A DNA stretch of 42,595 nt from Oculatellaceae cyanobacterium bins.114 (GTDB lineage Bacteria > Cyanobacteriota > Cyanobacteriia > Elainellales > Elainellaceae), in the NCBI GenBank assembly GCA_033764315.1, contig JANRJA010000231.1, positions 1 through 42,595 of the forward strand, written 5' to 3'. Made by a program: the position numbers and the translations under genes. Under the pieces are notes generated by a model. It did not search any database. It saw only the letters and a program-made list of their open reading frames with translations, and was not told the DNA's origin. Positions 39,384-42,595 of this stretch are shown piece after piece; position 1 is the first letter of the stretch, and each line of letters begins with the position of its first letter.

Positions 39384-39853
39384 ACCTGTTCTCTGCGATG
39401 GTGAACCTCAATCACAGTGTGAACATTGCCCCGAGGTGAAAAATCGCCTTTAACGGTTACTTCTAAGGGGTCACACGCCGCCACAAAATCATCCAAAATC
39501 TGATTAACTGACTCTTCATGGGAGATGTAGCGATCGCGATAGCTGTTGATATAAAGCTTAATGGCTTTCAGTTCCACGACTTTTTCATTAGGCACATATT
39601 GAATGGCGATCGTGGCAAAGTCTGGATAACCTGAAAACGGACACTTGCAAGTAAACTCTGGCAACGAAATATGAATGGTATAGCGTCGCCCAATGCGGGG
39701 GTTAGGAAATGTAATTAATTGCCCTTCCGCAATATGACGCTCACCATACTTTAATTCAGCAGGCAATAATTCAGCAGGCAATTCAGAAGATTGAGTAGCC
39801 GCTTCAAGCGATGGCTCAACTGCCAAATTTTCGGATGTAAATGATTGACTCAT
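39380..39853 (-). CDS. queF: NADPH-dependent preQ0 reductase
   Basis: PEFTCKCPFSGYPDFA, VELKAIKLY, SHEE, FSPRG. Confidence 0.96.
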   Translation of the reverse strand: MSQSFTSENLAVEPSLEAATQSSELPAELLPAELKYGERHIAEGQLITFPNPRIGRRYTIHISLPEFTCKCPFSGYPDFATIAIQYVPNEKVVELKAIKLYINSYRDRYISHEESVNQILDDFVAACDPLEVTVKGDFSPRGNVHTVIEVHHRREQV

Positions 39854-39965
39854 AGCAACAAAGAGGATGGAGTAAATGGACAGAGTGAATGACCAAACAC
39901 TTCACTCCAGTTCAGTCTAACTAGACTTCTACGATGGAAATATTTTGAGTTTTGTGGCGATTTCT

Positions 39966-39994
39966 TTGACAAAAATAGATTGCGATTTCATAAT
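39966..39994 (+). promoter_or_regulatory. Putative sigma70-type promoter
   Basis: TTGACA-N17-CATAAT, 74 nt upstream of ATG 40069. Confidence 0.5.
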
Positions 39995-40068
39995 CTCAAC
40001 TATTGTTGAGCATAGTATTAATTGATATACGATGCGGTCTATTCTTTGCCGTTTTATCCTCGCAACAC

Positions 40069-40713
40069 ATGAAATCTAACTCTGACTCTGCGACCCGCAA
40101 GCCCAATTCTGGAACAGGGCATCCCGCTGGACAATCAGCTGGCAATGGTTATGCGCCTTCTGTGCCCATCACGGTTTACCGAGAACTGGCAGCCGAGCTA
40201 CAAGCAACCAAAGCCATGATGGAGTCGATGACGGCTCAAAACCAGCACCTGGTTCGTCAAAATCAGCTGCTGAGACAAGAAATTGAGCGAGTGGTGCACT
40301 CGGCTCTAACCCTCCAACAAATTGCTGGAGGTTCTCAATCCCCAGTGGCAGCGCGAAACGGAGTTCCCAACGGAGTCATCGTCGCCCCATCCACAGCAAC
40401 CCATCCAGAGGCGATCGCCGATCTAGTGCGTCAGGCGGCTCGTCCTCCCCAACCCCGAGTTGAGCGATCGGCTCCGACCCCAGACATGGCAACTCCTGCG
40501 GCTCCTCCAGCACAACCGACGCCCAGCGAGCCCAATGATGCGTTGACGAACGACTTGTTTTCTGAGATTGCCGAAGAACCGCATCGCCATGAAAAACGTC
40601 CGCCCGCTAAAGACATGGGTGGATTCTGGCTCACCGCCACGATCGCCGTGATTGTTGTGACAGCCTTTGGTGCCGGATTTTTAGTAGTTCGTCCCTTGCT
40701 GCCAGGACGATAA
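40069..40713 (+). CDS. Conserved cyanobacterial coiled-coil protein with C-terminal membrane anchor
   Basis: SVPITVYRELAAELQAT..QNQ.L..QNQ.LRQEI, Pro-rich linker, TAFGAGFLVVRP; ATG 40069. Confidence 0.8.
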   Translation: MKSNSDSATRKPNSGTGHPAGQSAGNGYAPSVPITVYRELAAELQATKAMMESMTAQNQHLVRQNQLLRQEIERVVHSALTLQQIAGGSQSPVAARNGVPNGVIVAPSTATHPEAIADLVRQAARPPQPRVERSAPTPDMATPAAPPAQPTPSEPNDALTNDLFSEIAEEPHRHEKRPPAKDMGGFWLTATIAVIVVTAFGAGFLVVRPLLPGR

Positions 40714-40769
40714 GAAAAAAAGAAGAGAGAAAAAGAAGAGAAAAATCCGTTTTTCATTCTTCATTTTTT

Positions 40770-41480
40770 CTATTTTCTTTCTTTCAAGTAGCTTGCCCAC
40801 TGCTTGACGGCGTCAGGAGAGCCATACCAGCGTTTGCCGGGTTGGGGCGAGTGCAGCACGTCATCTAGGACGATATTTTCAGCCCCCTCCAGATGCGCGG
40901 CGACAATAGGGGTGATTCCGTCTCCCCAGCAGTCACCTACACCACAGGTGAGTTGATAGCTACTGCGGGCAAACCAGTTTGACCAGCGTCTATCTCCATA
41001 GATCGCCTTACCAGCGACACAGACATAGCGCACCGTGGGATAAAACGCTCCCGGATAGTTGATCTTAACGAAATCAAGATTACGCTTTGTCCAGCGTTCG
41101 CCACTGATATGAGGGGTGCCCAGCGTCACCAATGTGTTGACTTGAGGATGCGCTTTCCATAGACAGGTCTTACCGCGATCGCCTGGATGCACATCATAGG
41201 GCACCTCACCCAGATAGATGCGAGCAATCCATCCGCCCGCCGAATGCCCCACTAAATGAACGCGATCGCTAGCAAACTCTTGCATCGCCCGCTTCACCGT
41301 TGCATCGAGTTGCTCTAAAATCGGCAACATCGATCGCCCTCCCACCGTTGGCAGCCAATCGCCCCGTTTTAACGGCACCGTGACCGCCGATAACCCCAGC
41401 GATCGCAACCCCTCCTCCATCTCACGGTAAGGCAGAGAACCCGCTAAATAGCCCGGTAGAATGACAACTGGCAAAGACAT
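40770..41480 (-). CDS. Alpha/beta hydrolase (lipase/PGAP1-like)
   Basis: VILPGY, GHSAGG, LVTLGTPH, GDGITP, VLHSP; ATG 41480 (the ORF-track extension is heptamer repeat). Confidence 0.88.
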   Translation of the reverse strand: MSLPVVILPGYLAGSLPYREMEEGLRSLGLSAVTVPLKRGDWLPTVGGRSMLPILEQLDATVKRAMQEFASDRVHLVGHSAGGWIARIYLGEVPYDVHPGDRGKTCLWKAHPQVNTLVTLGTPHISGERWTKRNLDFVKINYPGAFYPTVRYVCVAGKAIYGDRRWSNWFARSSYQLTCGVGDCWGDGITPIVAAHLEGAENIVLDDVLHSPQPGKRWYGSPDAVKQWASYLKERK

Positions 41481-41530
41481 AAAGCTAAAGGATGAAGGAT
41501 AAAGGATTAAATCAAAAGGATAAAGGATAA
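41481..41530. repeat. Heptamer tandem repeats
   Basis: TAAAGGA-TGAAGGA-TAAAGGA ... AAAGGA-TAAAGGA-TAA; inverted partner TCCTTTA-GCCTTTA-GCCTCTA at 41591-41611. Confidence 0.85.
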
Positions 41531-41594
41531 GAAGAGGCATTCCTTCTGCCCTTGACTATCCATCATTAACGATCGACCACAAACTTTTCATCCT

Positions 41595-42542
41595 TTAGCC
41601 TTTAGCCTCTAGCCTTTCCTCCACCAGCCACTCAATGATGAGCTGATTCACCAGTTGTGGGCATTCATCATGGGGGCAGTGTCCGGCATTCGGAATAATC
41701 TTAAATTGCACTCGGTCTGGCTCGGTTTTTGCTAAGTTGCTGTAGACCGTAGCCCCAGCGATCGGAGTCCAGGGGTCAGCATCGCCCCACAACACCAGCA
41801 GAGGTTGCTGTACTCGCGGCAATAGCTCAGCCGGAGAAGGGCCAGGAGGTGCCGTCAAAATGGAGGCAAAGACCTTTTGGGCACCAGGATCACACGAGGG
41901 TTCATAGAGCATTTCCACCAACTCATCCGTGATGGCCGTGCGATCGCGATAGACCTGTTGCAGGGTGCGGCGAATCCGATGCTTTTGCCGCACCTGATTG
42001 AAAATAAACGGCCCCAACAAATCAGAACCAACCAGTTTGGTAAAGGTACCCATGATCACACGCAACGGCAGATTCAACTCCTCTGGACGGTGATTTAACC
42101 CACCCGCCGCATTCAGCAAGATACCCCCTGCTGACAGCTCTGGATAATCCGCTAACATCATCAGGCTCAACAGTGCCCCAATGGAATTGCCCACAAAGAT
42201 AGCGGGTTCCTCGACGTGGTCCTCACAAAAATCTCTGAGTAGCTCCTGCCATAGGTCAACACTGTAATCGAGAGGTGGCTTATCAGAACCGCCAAACCCC
42301 AACAAATCAATGGCAAAGACCTGATAGCCTGCTGCCGCCAATGCGGGAATGTTTTGTCGCCAATGCCCGATCGCCGCCCCAAACCCATGAATCAGGATGA
42401 GTGGCTGTCCACTCCCTTTGACGGCATAGCGAATGGTGTATCCTCGCCATGTCCAGTTCTTGATGTCAAACAGGGGAGCGGTGTGAAGCGGTTCCCCTTC
42501 TGGGGTCAATGCCAGTTGTTCAGGAGTTACGTTCGTAGTCAC
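41595..42542 (-). CDS. Alpha/beta fold hydrolase (pheophytinase-like family)
   Basis: LIHGFGA, DLLGFGGS, GNSIG, WGDADPW, AGHCPHDE. Confidence 0.92.
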   Translation of the reverse strand: MTTNVTPEQLALTPEGEPLHTAPLFDIKNWTWRGYTIRYAVKGSGQPLILIHGFGAAIGHWRQNIPALAAAGYQVFAIDLLGFGGSDKPPLDYSVDLWQELLRDFCEDHVEEPAIFVGNSIGALLSLMMLADYPELSAGGILLNAAGGLNHRPEELNLPLRVIMGTFTKLVGSDLLGPFIFNQVRQKHRIRRTLQQVYRDRTAITDELVEMLYEPSCDPGAQKVFASILTAPPGPSPAELLPRVQQPLLVLWGDADPWTPIAGATVYSNLAKTEPDRVQFKIIPNAGHCPHDECPQLVNQLIIEWLVEERLEAKG

Positions 42543-42595
42543 AGTTATTCTTAAAAATTCTTAAACTAAATTCATCATAAACCGTTATCGCAGGT

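Noticed and set aside
41481..41540. Hydrophobic N-terminal extension (signal peptide) of the lipase
   Set aside because: It is the translation of the heptamer repeat; ATG 41480 is the better start.

Overview
Chromosomal window from a cyanobacterium: the HIP1 octamer GCGATCGC is abundant, and psbQ, tic22, gifA with an NtcA box and cpmA/larB are present. Heptamer intergenic repeats suggest a filamentous lineage (inference). Most of it is core genome: guaA, argJ, queF, prmC, tsaC, tldD/tldE, a cyclophilin, a natB-like binding protein, tRNA-Pro(TGG), a partner-switching trio (STAS, REC-GAF-SpoIIE, RsbW-like), a Ser/Thr kinase with WG repeats, a GH108 muramidase and three tandem family-5 ABC binding proteins. 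There are two small accessory islets: two YARHG-domain genes after tRNA-Pro, each bracketed by related 33-bp palindromes, and an orphan ORF plus BrnT/BrnA between binding-protein paralogues. The most unusual signals are four phased TTTTCCACA (cyanobacterial DnaA-box) copies downstream of guaA, the palindrome-delimited YARHG array, a prmC that appears to need a CTG start, a Cys-less Atx1/CopZ homologue and a STAS protein lacking its phospho-Ser. No CRISPR array, integrase, transposase or reverse transcriptase was seen. All product calls come from motif recognition by eye, not from database searches.
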